Below are positions 26,701 through 35,652 of a stretch of DNA of 64,000 nt, piece after piece (positions within the stretch are counted from its first letter, which is position 1; each line of letters starts with the position of its first letter). The notes under the pieces are model-generated. The model worked only from the letters and a program-made list of their open reading frames with translations, had not been told where the DNA came from and ran no database searches. This stretch comes from an uncultured Planctomycetota bacterium. GTDB taxonomy: Bacteria > Planctomycetota > Planctomycetia > Isosphaerales > Isosphaeraceae. The DNA lies in assembly GCA_963823665.1 (NCBI GenBank), contig CAWGMQ010000003.1:1434388-1498387 (forward strand), written 5' to 3'. A program made the position numbers and the translations under genes.

Positions 26701-29031
26701 GACACGGCGACGATGATTCGCAGCAGCGATCCCTGGGCGGGCCTGGACGAGTTTCACCGGACGATGCTCGACTACATTTCCGGATTCGAGGACGAGCAAT
26801 CGCGCACGGGGTGGACCGAGTTCCGGCGATCGATGGAGCATGAGAACGCGCTCGTCGAATCGGTGACGACGGAGCTGGCGGCGGTGGCGACCGATTCGGC
26901 GATCTCGCCGATTGATCCCGGCGGAGACGCGCTCGTGACGGCGTGCCGCACGGTGGGCCAGGCGCTGGGGATCGAGGTTCGCGCGACCCGGACTGGTGGC
27001 CCGGATGGAACAGGGCCGTCGAGCGACCCGCTGGGAGACCTGGCGCGCGCCTCGGGTTTTCACGTGCGGCCGGTGACGCTTCCACCGGACTGGTGGCGCC
27101 AGGGCGGAAGCGAGCCGCTCCTGGGCCGAATGGCGGATTCCGGTGGTGTGCCGGTCGCGCTTGTCCCGGCGAAGGGCCGCGTGCCATGGGCCAAGCCTGT
27201 CTACAATCTATACGACCACGAGGGCCGGAGGCGGCCCGTCGACCTGCGGCTGGCGGAGAAGCTGGATTCGCGAGCGTGGGCCATTTACCGCACGCTGCCG
27301 GATGAGCCGCAGCGGAAGCTCGACCTGTTTCGGTTCAGCTTGAGTCTGCCGGGACTGGCGCGCGAGCTCTGGATGGTGATCTTGATGGCGCTCGTGGCGG
27401 CGATCCTGGGGTTGTCGATCCCGATCGCGGCGGGAATCCTGGTGGACCAGGTCATTCCGGAGGCCGATCGCGAGGGCCTGGCGGTGATGTGCGTTTTCCT
27501 GGTCGTCCTGGCCTTCTCGGCTGCGGCGTGCCGCGTGATTCAGGGGCTGATGGTGCTGCGCGTGGAAGGGAGGGTGTCGTCGACGATCATCCCGGCCGTC
27601 TGGGACCGATTGCTGCGGCTGCCGACGGGTTTCTTCGCAAGGTTCAGCTCCGGTGATCTGGCGTTTCGCGCGATGGAATTCAGCAAGGTTTTCAAGAAGG
27701 TGTCCGGGGCGACGGTCACCACCTTGATGATGGGTTTGTTCGCCTTGTTCAATCTGGGCCTGCTTTTCTTCTATAGCTGGAGGATGGCGCTGTGCACCAC
27801 GTTCCTGGTGGGCTTGATGCTCGCGGTGACGGGCTTTCTGCTGGCGGGTCTCTTGCGGTACGGGAATTCGATCCACCGGATCGACGGCGTGATCTCGGGG
27901 CTATTGCTGGAGCTGCTGGGTGGAATTGTCACGCTGCGAACGGCGGGTGCGGAACGGCGTGCGTTTTCCCGGTGGGCCAGCCGATATACGGAGCGTCTGG
28001 TGCTCTCGATCCAAGGGAGACGGATTGCGAACCGGTTGCATCAATGGCTGGCGGTCTATCCGATTCTCACAGCGATGTTCGTGTATGTGGGAGCGCTATA
28101 CCTGGACACGGGGTTGTTGAAAACAGGGAGTTTCCTGGCGTTTTCGATCGCGTTTGCGAACTTGATGGCTGCGATCCTGGCGGTGGGATATAGCTCGATG
28201 GGGCTGCTCGATCTGCTGCCGACGTTCGAGCGGCTCAGGCCGATACTGGAGGAGCGCCCGGAGTTTGCAGCGGCGGTGATCGAGCCGGTGCGGCTGTACG
28301 GGGCGATCTCACTCAACCACATCTCATTTCGCTATCCGGGCCAGGACCAGGGGACGAAGGTGCTGGACGACGTGAGCCTTCAGGTCCGGCCGGGTGAATT
28401 CGTGGCGATTGTCGGGCCATCGGGGGCGGGAAAATCGACCTTGATGCGGCTGTTGCTCGGGTTCGAGACGCCAGATGCCGGGTCGGTGACCTATGACGGC
28501 CGAGAGCTGACGACGCTCGACTTGCGGGACGTGCGGCGTCAGATCGGCGTGGTCTTGCAGCAAGCCCAGCTTCTACCCACGGACATCGTGGGCAACATCA
28601 TCGGGTTTGCGCCGCTGCTCAACATCGACGACGCGTGGGAGGCCGCGCGGCTGGCGGGCCTGGAGGAAGACATCCGGCGGATGCCAATGGGGATGCATAC
28701 CCTGGTCGGGGAAGGCGGAGGAAACCTGTCGAGCGGTCAGCGGCAGCGCTTGCTGATTGCGCGGGCGATCGTGCGGCGGCCGAGGATTCTACTGCTCGAC
28801 GAAGCGACCAGCGCACTCGATAACGCCACGCAGGCTATTGTGAGCGACAGCCTGACGAACCAGCTTCGGGGCATCACGCGGGTGGTGATCGCGCACCGGC
28901 TCGACGTGGTCGTGAAGGCCGATCGCATCTACGTGCTGAAGGACAGCCGGATCGTTCAATCCGGGCCGTATCACCAACTGCTGGAGGAGTCAGGACCGTT
29001 CCGAGAGCTGGCGCGGCGGCAGATGCTGTGA
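23713..29031 (+). CDS. single-chain NHLM/NHLP-type bacteriocin export ABC transporter: C39 peptidase, TMD1-NBD1, ~400-aa accessory middle domain, TMD2-NBD2
   Basis: C39: QMEAAECGAAALGIVLEFYG...WNHFLVVEGF. NBD1: GSSGSGKST, FSGGQRQRLQIARAIV, LLVLDEATSALD, IIAHRL. NBD2: GPSGAGKST, LSSGQRQRLLIARAIV, ILLLDEATSALD, VIAHRL. Two 6-helix TMDs; one uninterrupted 1,772-aa frame. Confidence 0.85.
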   Translation: MADSSPSKWRRVRTPTVLQMEAAECGAAALGIVLEFYGRYIPLDVLRDDCGVSRDGSNAFYIKEAAKRYGLEVKAGRKSAEGIRSWRPPIIAFWQWNHFLVVEGFGHGKVYVNDPASGRRTMGFEEFREGYSGIAFTFEPGPQFVKQGRRPSIFRGLARRLASSRVAIVFVVLAGLALVIPNLVTAAFQRVFMDEILIQGHHNWLRPLLVAMALTAILRVAAAALQQLYLTRFEVKLLLEESLKFLGHVLRLPLVFFQRRYTGDLVARVSSTARVAALLSGELATTAVSLLTLVAYVAVMLPYEPLLAIVGLLISSLNLVALKMFSRWRSDQNRVIEQIRGKLLAGIMGAIQIVESIKATGSESEMLVRWTGDQARMINAEQVLGVYDTLLFVIPPLLASLTTIVVLGLGGHQVMAGGLGIGVLLALQALLAGFNQPFLDLARLGADVQELRADLDRIDDVRNRPIDPVYALAGQITAVSGASEAARAAAARHRLSGHIEFRNVTFGYNRTVEEPLIHDFSFVAIPGQRIALVGSSGSGKSTIGRLAMGLYQPWSGEILYDGHRLAEIPREVFVNSVLLVDSEICLFEGTVRDNLTLWDDFVPMARLTQAGVEAAIHRDLLQRRGGYGAAVSEAGRNFSGGQRQRLQIARAIVREPSLLVLDEATSALDPRTERIVDDNLRRRGCTCLIIAHRLTTIRDCDEIIVLNAGRVVQRGTHDELIADSAGEYARLLAFQVLPGVRHGRFSWRRSRAAQTIVPVESRIEIAGNSAGGHVEPVAVPRVVAGGEQTDSPRFIVEELLPYSQPESTAANRPLSLDDPEAVWWVSSGGVDVFFTQFEPGAPEGNRRHLCRVEEGGSIFAISGVRGRLGSGLVAVGAGPAQLLKFARGDLIRLSFEEGLSEQVAVLVDDWLLRVGRALGRLAGIEGYRELEWDTCTDLDREVRFGVRQGVGWVRQLSGSSWFLDEVPVPVSELEARFPLSENLWLKTTSEGRVTACDTATMIRSSDPWAGLDEFHRTMLDYISGFEDEQSRTGWTEFRRSMEHENALVESVTTELAAVATDSAISPIDPGGDALVTACRTVGQALGIEVRATRTGGPDGTGPSSDPLGDLARASGFHVRPVTLPPDWWRQGGSEPLLGRMADSGGVPVALVPAKGRVPWAKPVYNLYDHEGRRRPVDLRLAEKLDSRAWAIYRTLPDEPQRKLDLFRFSLSLPGLARELWMVILMALVAAILGLSIPIAAGILVDQVIPEADREGLAVMCVFLVVLAFSAAACRVIQGLMVLRVEGRVSSTIIPAVWDRLLRLPTGFFARFSSGDLAFRAMEFSKVFKKVSGATVTTLMMGLFALFNLGLLFFYSWRMALCTTFLVGLMLAVTGFLLAGLLRYGNSIHRIDGVISGLLLELLGGIVTLRTAGAERRAFSRWASRYTERLVLSIQGRRIANRLHQWLAVYPILTAMFVYVGALYLDTGLLKTGSFLAFSIAFANLMAAILAVGYSSMGLLDLLPTFERLRPILEERPEFAAAVIEPVRLYGAISLNHISFRYPGQDQGTKVLDDVSLQVRPGEFVAIVGPSGAGKSTLMRLLLGFETPDAGSVTYDGRELTTLDLRDVRRQIGVVLQQAQLLPTDIVGNIIGFAPLLNIDDAWEAARLAGLEEDIRRMPMGMHTLVGEGGGNLSSGQRQRLLIARAIVRRPRILLLDEATSALDNATQAIVSDSLTNQLRGITRVVIAHRLDVVVKADRIYVLKDSRIVQSGPYHQLLEESGPFRELARRQML

Positions 29032-29045
29032 TGGTTCAAATCGGA

Positions 29046-29957
29046 TCAATGATGATGCTTCTTGGGAACGACTTTGATGAAGAACGGCCTGCTGAGCTTG
29101 CTCAAATGACCGACATCATCGACGGCCTGGATCCGGAATTCGTGGACGCCGACGGTCTGGGGCACGACGATCTGGACCGTGTAGTCGTTGTCCTTCTTGA
29201 CCCTTTCGGCGCCGACGACTTCGCCGTCGGGCGTGACCACGCGGATGAAGGTGTGGAAATGGTAGGTGCCGACCACTCTCGGGCGAGCGAGCGGAGTCTT
29301 CATGTGGTTGACGCCGGCCATGAGTCCGTTGTTCTTCTTGATGCGTGGAACGATCGGCGGCGGCATGGGCCGGCCGATGCCCAGTGCGGTTTGAAGCGTG
29401 AGCGAATAATCGTTGGTGGCCAGGTTCACCGGCATGATGCTGGCGGTATCGACCTGAGAGGTCAGGGTGAACAGGGCCGACTGCAGCCCGTTGATCGAGT
29501 CTTGGGGCGTCTTGGCCGAATGGAGCACCGCGCCGAAGGAGTAATTGAGGCGTTTGATGTCGGACGCCGAGAGCGACTGGTGCGAGACGACGTGGCGAAG
29601 CTGGTAGTTGTAGTTATTGATCGCTTCGGAGGGGGGCTTAGAGATCGAATCGAGCATCGCATAGAGGGAATTCTGGATCTGCTGTATCTCGGCTTTGGGG
29701 AGAAAGCGCGGACTTTCGTTGATCTTGCCGAGATAGTAAGGCAGGCGCTCGATTCGCAGCGCTTTCTGTTCGTAGGTGATGGGGATGTTGAGGTTCGAGT
29801 TGATCTGTGCTCCGAAGATGTTCGTCAGGTTAAAGGTTTGGAGCGCGCGGTCTTCCAGAGATTCATGAGACGGCCTAAACCGGCGGCGGTCCATCGCGCG
29901 GATCTCCTTGAGAGGCGGCATGCTCAGTCCGGCAGACGCGCTGCCCGAGGCGAGCAT
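29046..29957 (-). CDS. hypothetical secreted protein with planctomycete N-terminal motif (MDRRRFRPSHESLEDRALQT); probable start at 29894
   Basis: ORF track; motif. Confidence 0.45.
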   Translation of the reverse strand: MLASGSASAGLSMPPLKEIRAMDRRRFRPSHESLEDRALQTFNLTNIFGAQINSNLNIPITYEQKALRIERLPYYLGKINESPRFLPKAEIQQIQNSLYAMLDSISKPPSEAINNYNYQLRHVVSHQSLSASDIKRLNYSFGAVLHSAKTPQDSINGLQSALFTLTSQVDTASIMPVNLATNDYSLTLQTALGIGRPMPPPIVPRIKKNNGLMAGVNHMKTPLARPRVVGTYHFHTFIRVVTPDGEVVGAERVKKDNDYTVQIVVPQTVGVHEFRIQAVDDVGHLSKLSRPFFIKVVPKKHHH

Positions 29958-30220
29958 AAAGGCGAAGAGCGAAGGCTGCCGCAGGGCACTGCGGCCGAGC
30001 GAGAGGAGCAGGGGGATCCTCCCGGCCGGATTCAGCGTGGATCAGGTCGAGAGAGCGACGAGCACCGAGCGAATGCCCGAACAGAAATGCGATTGAGTCC
30101 CGTCCGTGGGAACGGGGTGTTTTTAGCAGAATCGGACAGGGCTGGCTAGACGGGTTTGGGGCCAGAGAAACCGGGCAAAGGACCAACATCTTTTGTAAGA
30201 CTTTCATTCGAGGCGTGTAT

Positions 30221-30775
30221 TCAGTGAGATTCCATTGCCATGCGGAGGTAGGACCTGGGCTCGACGACCGTCAAGCCGAGCTCGGCGGCCAGCGCGAGTA
30301 CGGCGGATTGGGCGGCGGGGAGGTGGGCCACCGATGGCGCGAGCGTTTCGATTTCCGCGAAGTCGCCCAAGCCCTCAGCCTGGTCGAGCGCGACTTCGAG
30401 GGCATGGCCTGCTCTGCTGAGCAGATACGATGTGCGCGTCTTGCGAATCGTGGCGACCGGGCGGAACCCGAGGAGCTTGAGCAACTCGAGCAACTGGGCG
30501 GCGGCCTGCGGGCCATCGGCAAAGCGAATCTCGATCTCTTCGCGTGTCTTGGTGGGGCCCGGCCGGCGCGGACCTTTATAGGTGATTCTATTCTCGTCGC
30601 CGATCGTGCGAATTCGAAACGCCTCGTTGGTCGCGGCGAAGTCGCGCGAGGGGTGGTTCAAGTAGAGATCGACTTGATGGATCGTTGCGGTTCGCGATGC
30701 TCCGAGCGCAGTCAGCCTCTGCTCGAGCACGCTGTGATCAACCGAGCGGTACTTTACTTCCACCTCGTATCCCAT
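30221..30775 (-). CDS. CYTH-domain protein (CyaB-like class IV adenylyl cyclase / triphosphatase fold)
   Basis: MGYEVEVKYRSVDHSVLEQRLTALGA...NEAFRIRTIGDENRITYKG...EEIEIRF matches the CYTH EXEXK N-terminal signature and the beta-barrel pattern. Confidence 0.65.
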   Translation of the reverse strand: MGYEVEVKYRSVDHSVLEQRLTALGASRTATIHQVDLYLNHPSRDFAATNEAFRIRTIGDENRITYKGPRRPGPTKTREEIEIRFADGPQAAAQLLELLKLLGFRPVATIRKTRTSYLLSRAGHALEVALDQAEGLGDFAEIETLAPSVAHLPAAQSAVLALAAELGLTVVEPRSYLRMAMESH

Positions 30776-31108
30776 GGACCTCACGTTAGACAGACCGATC
30801 GAGCGGGTCAACGGGGCGACTACCGCGACTGCTTCGATCGGAATGAGCGTGCATGCAAGTGGGCGTGTTTTCGGTGCAAATCGGGTGTTCGGAGGAGCCT
30901 GGACGGTGATGTGCATGGAAACTGGGCGATGAAGGGGTCGATTTCGGTGAATATTCGTTGTATGGGACGAATAACCGACTGCTTCGGGGGGCTGGAACGA
31001 ACCCCTGGGCGCCCGACTGGTCGGGCAAGCTGCGATGGGGCTGAAACTCACACCGGGTTGTTCCGTTCAGAGCAGCCGCATTGCGTTCGTTCCGGCAGGA
31101 GTTTTCCC

Positions 31109-33429
31109 GTGGTCGCGCCATTGGTCGGGGGGCATGTGGCATCTTGGCTGTTGGGTACGAGTTTGACCGCACAGGGGGCGGTTTTTGCCGCGGTGGGGGA
31201 CCTACCTGCGGGAGTTTTCTGGATTGTCGGTCTGGTCTTGTGCGCGATCGCAGCCTGGGAGATCGCAGGCTTGCGGTACATCGCGAACAACCGAGTTGGT
31301 GTGGTGGAGAAGCTGTGGTCCGGGAAGGGTTCCGTGCCCGAAGGTGGGATTATCGCACTGAACGGGGAGGCGGGGTTTCAGGCGGAGCTGTTGCGTGGTG
31401 GATTGCACTTCGGCTACTGGCGATGGCAGTTTCGGATCCACAAGATGCCGCTGGTCTCGATACCGCAGGGCAAGATCGGGTATGTGTATGCCCGCGACGG
31501 CGAGGCGCTCATGCCGAGCCAGACGCTGGGCCAGGTGATAGCTTGCAACAACTTTCAGGATGCTCGCGGATTCTTGGGCGGCGCGCTGAACAGCCCGGAC
31601 CACGAGCCATTGCGAGGGCAGCGTGGCCGGCAGCGGTCCATCCTGCGAGAAGGCGTTTATGCGATCAACGTCGCGCTCTTCACGGTGATTTCCGAAGATA
31701 TGGTTTATCGGCTGGAAGCCGGGGGCGCGAAGGAGTTGAAGGCGCTCGTGCAGTGGCAGAATGACCTGAGCGAAGTGGACGGATTTGATCCGGTCATCAT
31801 TGGCGGCCCGATCGAGGCGCCGGACCCGCTCAATCCCGAGAAGAAGACGATCGTCGACAGCCTGGGTATCGTGACGGTGCACGACGGACCCTCGCTGCCG
31901 CCGGGTGAGATCATCGCGCCGGCTGTGGGTTGCGACCGCAACGACAAGGACTTCCATAACAACTTCCAGGATCCGGAGTCGTTTCTCCGCGCGGGGGGAC
32001 GGCGGGGCTTGCAGTATGTTCCGCTGACCGACGGCACGTACTTCATCAACCGCTGGTTCGCATCGATCGAGTCAATTCCCAAGATGATTGTGCCGATCGG
32101 ATACGTCGGCGTGGTGGTGAGCTACTACGGCCGCAGCGGAAATGACGTATCGGGGCAGGCGTTCCGCCACGGCGAGCGCGTCGCGGAAGGGGAACGTGGC
32201 GTGCAGGAGAAGCCGCTCGGGCCGGGGAAGTATGCCTTCAACACGTATGCGGGCAACATCGTGCTGGTGCCGACAACGAACTTCGTGCTCCACTGGGTGA
32301 CTGGACGGACCGAGTCGCATCGCTACGACGAAAGTCTGCGTTCGATCGAGATGGTCACCAAAGACGCTTACGAGCCGAGCCTGCCGCTTTCGGTGGTCGT
32401 CCACATCGATTATCAGAAGGCGCCGAACGTCATTCAGCGGTTCGGAGACGTCAAGAAGCTGATCACGCAGACGCTGGACCCGATGCTCAGCGCGTATTTC
32501 CGGGACGTGGCCCACAAGCGGACGATGCTCGAGCTGTTGCAAAACCGCGACTCGATCCAGCATGAGGCCAGCGGCGAGCTGGGGCGGAAGTTCGGCAACT
32601 TTGACATCGAGTGCGTGGACGTCTTGATCGGCAAACCGGATACGGAACAGGCTGGAGGTAAGATCGAAACGCTTCTCGAACAGTTGCGATTGCGACAGCT
32701 TTCGCTCGAGCAAGTCGAGACTTACACGAAGCAGGTCGCGGCTGCCCAGACTTTGCGCACACTCAACGAGGCGCAGGCGAAGGCCCAGATGCAAACGCAG
32801 CTCTCAAACTCGTTGGTGCAGATCAAGATTGCGGAGAATGAGGCCGAGGCCCAGCTCGCCCGGGCGCGAAGCAGGCCGAGCAAGTTGTGGTGACCGCCGA
32901 GGCCGAGAGCGAGCAGCGGATTCTGGCCGGGCGCGGCGAGGGTGCGAGAATCTTGCAGGAGGGTTTCTCCGAGGCGTCGGTGTTGCTTCGGAAGATCCAG
33001 TCGTTTTCCGACCCGCGTCTTTATGCATTGTCGATCGTGGCGCAAGGGCTCTCGAAGTGCAACCAGCCGCTTGTGCCGGAGCGAGTGTTCATATCGGGCG
33101 GCGGCGGTGCGACCGGCGGCCCGAGCGACGGAACCACGAACGTCGGGGCGCTTGCGGGCAACGGCGTGTTCGGGCTCTTGCTCAACATGCTGGTCGCGGA
33201 GAAATCCGGGTTCCAGCTCGTCGATCAGCCGGGCGGCGCGGACTTGCGGGAGTTCACCGAAACGGTCGCCAAGCAGGCGATGGACGCGATCAAGAAGGCG
33301 GTGGAGACGAGCCAGACCGCGGCCCCGCACCGGGGCAACGGATCAACGGGCTCGCCGGCGGCCAAGACCCCTCAAGCACCGGTCTTGACGGTGGCGCGGG
33401 AGACCACTCCTCCGAAGCCGACAACATGA
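31109..33429 (+). CDS. flotillin-like SPFH/band-7 membrane protein (apparent frameshift ~32880)
   Basis: N-terminal TM (VFWIVGLVLCAIAAWEIAGL), SPFH core, coiled-coil LEQLRLRQLSLEQVETYTKQVAAAQTLRTLNEAQAKAQ; C-terminal part continues in ORF 32887..33429. Confidence 0.6.
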
Positions 33430-33483
33430 AGTACAGAGCAAACCGCGTCGGGGGGGCGTTGAGCCCCCCCGGACGCTCACATT

Positions 33484-34062
33484 TCACCGAGGGAGATGCG
33501 GGTACGGCACGGGAACCGGGAAGGGAATGGGACTGGGCGCGAGAAAGTCTCGGTTGCCGCCGGGTGATCGAATCGAGCCCGGAGCGCGGTTGGCGGTGGT
33601 GCTCGTGCTTCCGCCGCCCAATCCGAAGAACGGCGTGAAATCGGACCTGCGTCCTGGGCGGTAATCAATGCCGGCGAAACTCGCGGCGACGGTCAGCTCG
33701 CGATCGATGACCGACCCCACCTTGAGCATGTCGGTCTCGCCTTTCTCACGCGTCAGGTCGACATCTCGCACGACGACGTAGTGTCCGGGGTATTTCGCCT
33801 GCACGTCCTTCGCCCACTCATCGACCTTCGCGGTGTATTCTCCCTTCCGAACGTCGTAGATCTGGTACTTGAAGGTGCCGAGCGAGTCATTCTTGCGATA
33901 CCAAACGGCGACTTTGAAATCGGCGTGCTGCGCGACGCGCTGGCCGGCTGGACGCGAGCCGGACCGAGCCGCGGCTTCGCCGGGGCCCGCTAATCCCTCC
34001 GTTGTGCCAGGAACTATGCAGAATGCCAAGAACACCAATGTGTGCAACTGTTTACTCAACAT
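33484..34062 (-). CDS. hypothetical secreted protein
   Basis: Signal peptide MLSKQLHTLVFLAFCIVPG; ORF track. Confidence 0.4.
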   Translation of the reverse strand: MLSKQLHTLVFLAFCIVPGTTEGLAGPGEAAARSGSRPAGQRVAQHADFKVAVWYRKNDSLGTFKYQIYDVRKGEYTAKVDEWAKDVQAKYPGHYVVVRDVDLTREKGETDMLKVGSVIDRELTVAASFAGIDYRPGRRSDFTPFFGLGGGSTSTTANRAPGSIRSPGGNRDFLAPSPIPFPVPVPYPHLPR

Positions 34063-34289
34063 CGTTACCTCCTCCGGCCTTGGTGGCCTGGGACCTTCAG
34101 ACCATTATACGCGGTCCGGGTGCCGACAACCTTTCTTTGCATGTGGCAAGCAAACGTCGATCGGTCGGTCCATTGACTTCACGGCTGGTTCGCAGTCTGA
34201 TGAACGCAGTGCGGCGGGTGCCGCAAGTTCCGGGGACGCGGGGAATCCTGGTGCGATTTGACGTTGAGCGCAGAAAGCGAGGATTGGCC

Positions 34290-35638
34290 ATGTCGCAGGG
34301 CATCAATCGCCGGCTGTTTTCCAAGAGCGCTCTCACGGCTGCGGCTGCGGCGAGTGCTGCACCTGAGCGGGTGCTCTTGGCGAACGATCAGGTTCGGCTG
34401 GGGTTCATCGGCGTGGGTAATCGCGGGTGCCAGCTCTTGCGTGGATTCCTGCCGCATGCGGATGCGAAGATCGTTGTCGTCTGCGACGTGTACGAGCCGT
34501 ATTTGAGCGGTCACTACGACCGGCTGGACCCGCGGTTTGCGGGGCTGGGCAAGCGTATCGCACAGATGCCGAAACTGCCCGAGGACGTGGCACGCGTGAA
34601 AGACTTCCGCGCGGTGCTGGACCGGAAAGACGTGGATGCCGTTGTGATTGCCACGCCGGATCACTGGCATGCGATCCAGGCGATCGCGGCTTGCAAAGCC
34701 GGCAAGGACGTTTATGTCGAGAAGCCGCTCTCGATGACGATCATGGAAGGCCGGGCGATGGTCGAGGCGGCCAGGCGGAACGACCGCGTTGTACAAGTTG
34801 GCACGCATCGGCGGTCCTCACGGATGTATGCACGGCTTGCCGAGCTGGTGCGGTCGGGGGCGATCGGCAAGGTGACGGTGGCGCGTGCATCGTTTTGCAG
34901 CAACATGGCGACTGCGGGAATCGGCCATGCCCCGAATCGGAGCCGCCCGAGGGTCTGGATTGGGACGCTTGGCTGGGGCCCCGGCCGATGCGGGCGTTCC
35001 AGGCGACGATCATGCCGTACAAGTTCCGCTGGTGGCAGCTCTATTCGTCGCAGATTGCCAACTGGGGGGTGCATTATTTCGACGCAATCCGCTGGCTGAC
35101 GGGTGAGCTGGCGCCCGAGTCGGTCTCGGCGCACGGCGGGAGGTTTGCAGTCAAGGACGATCGAACGATTCCGGACACGGCAGAAGTGATTTTTGAGCAC
35201 TCGTCACGCATGCTCACCCTTTTCAGTCATCACGAGGCCAACGGGCAGCCGATGCTGGGCCGCCGTGCGGAGATCGAGCTGCAGGGAACGATCGGCACGC
35301 TTTACGTGGGGGGCGACCGCTACGAGGTCGTTCCGGAGCGTGGGGGTGCGTTTCAGGACCCGGCGCCGAAGCGGAAAGAAGAGATCGTCAAAGCGAGCGA
35401 CGGCGACCTCGATCAGCAGGCAGCCCGGGATTTTCTCGACTGCGTCAAGAGCCGGAAACGTCCCAATGCGGATGTTGAAGAGGGGCATCGCTCGACGACG
35501 TTCGCCCATCTGGCGAACATCGCTCTGGCTGTGCGACAGCGTCTGGAGTGGGACGCGCAGGCGGAGCGATTCACCAACAGCGAGCAGGCCAATCAACTGC
35601 TGCAATACGAATATCGCAAGCCGTGGAGCCTGGCGTGA
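34290..35638 (+). CDS. Gfo/Idh/MocA-family oxidoreductase with Tat signal (apparent frameshift ~34930)
   Basis: MSQGINRRLFSKSALTAAAAASA (twin-Arg); Rossmann LGFIGVGNRGCQ; EKPLSMTIMEGRAMVEAARRNDRVVQVGTHRR; C-terminal part in ORF 34427..35638. Confidence 0.7.
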
Positions 35639-35652
35639 GCCGGAGCGTGGCC

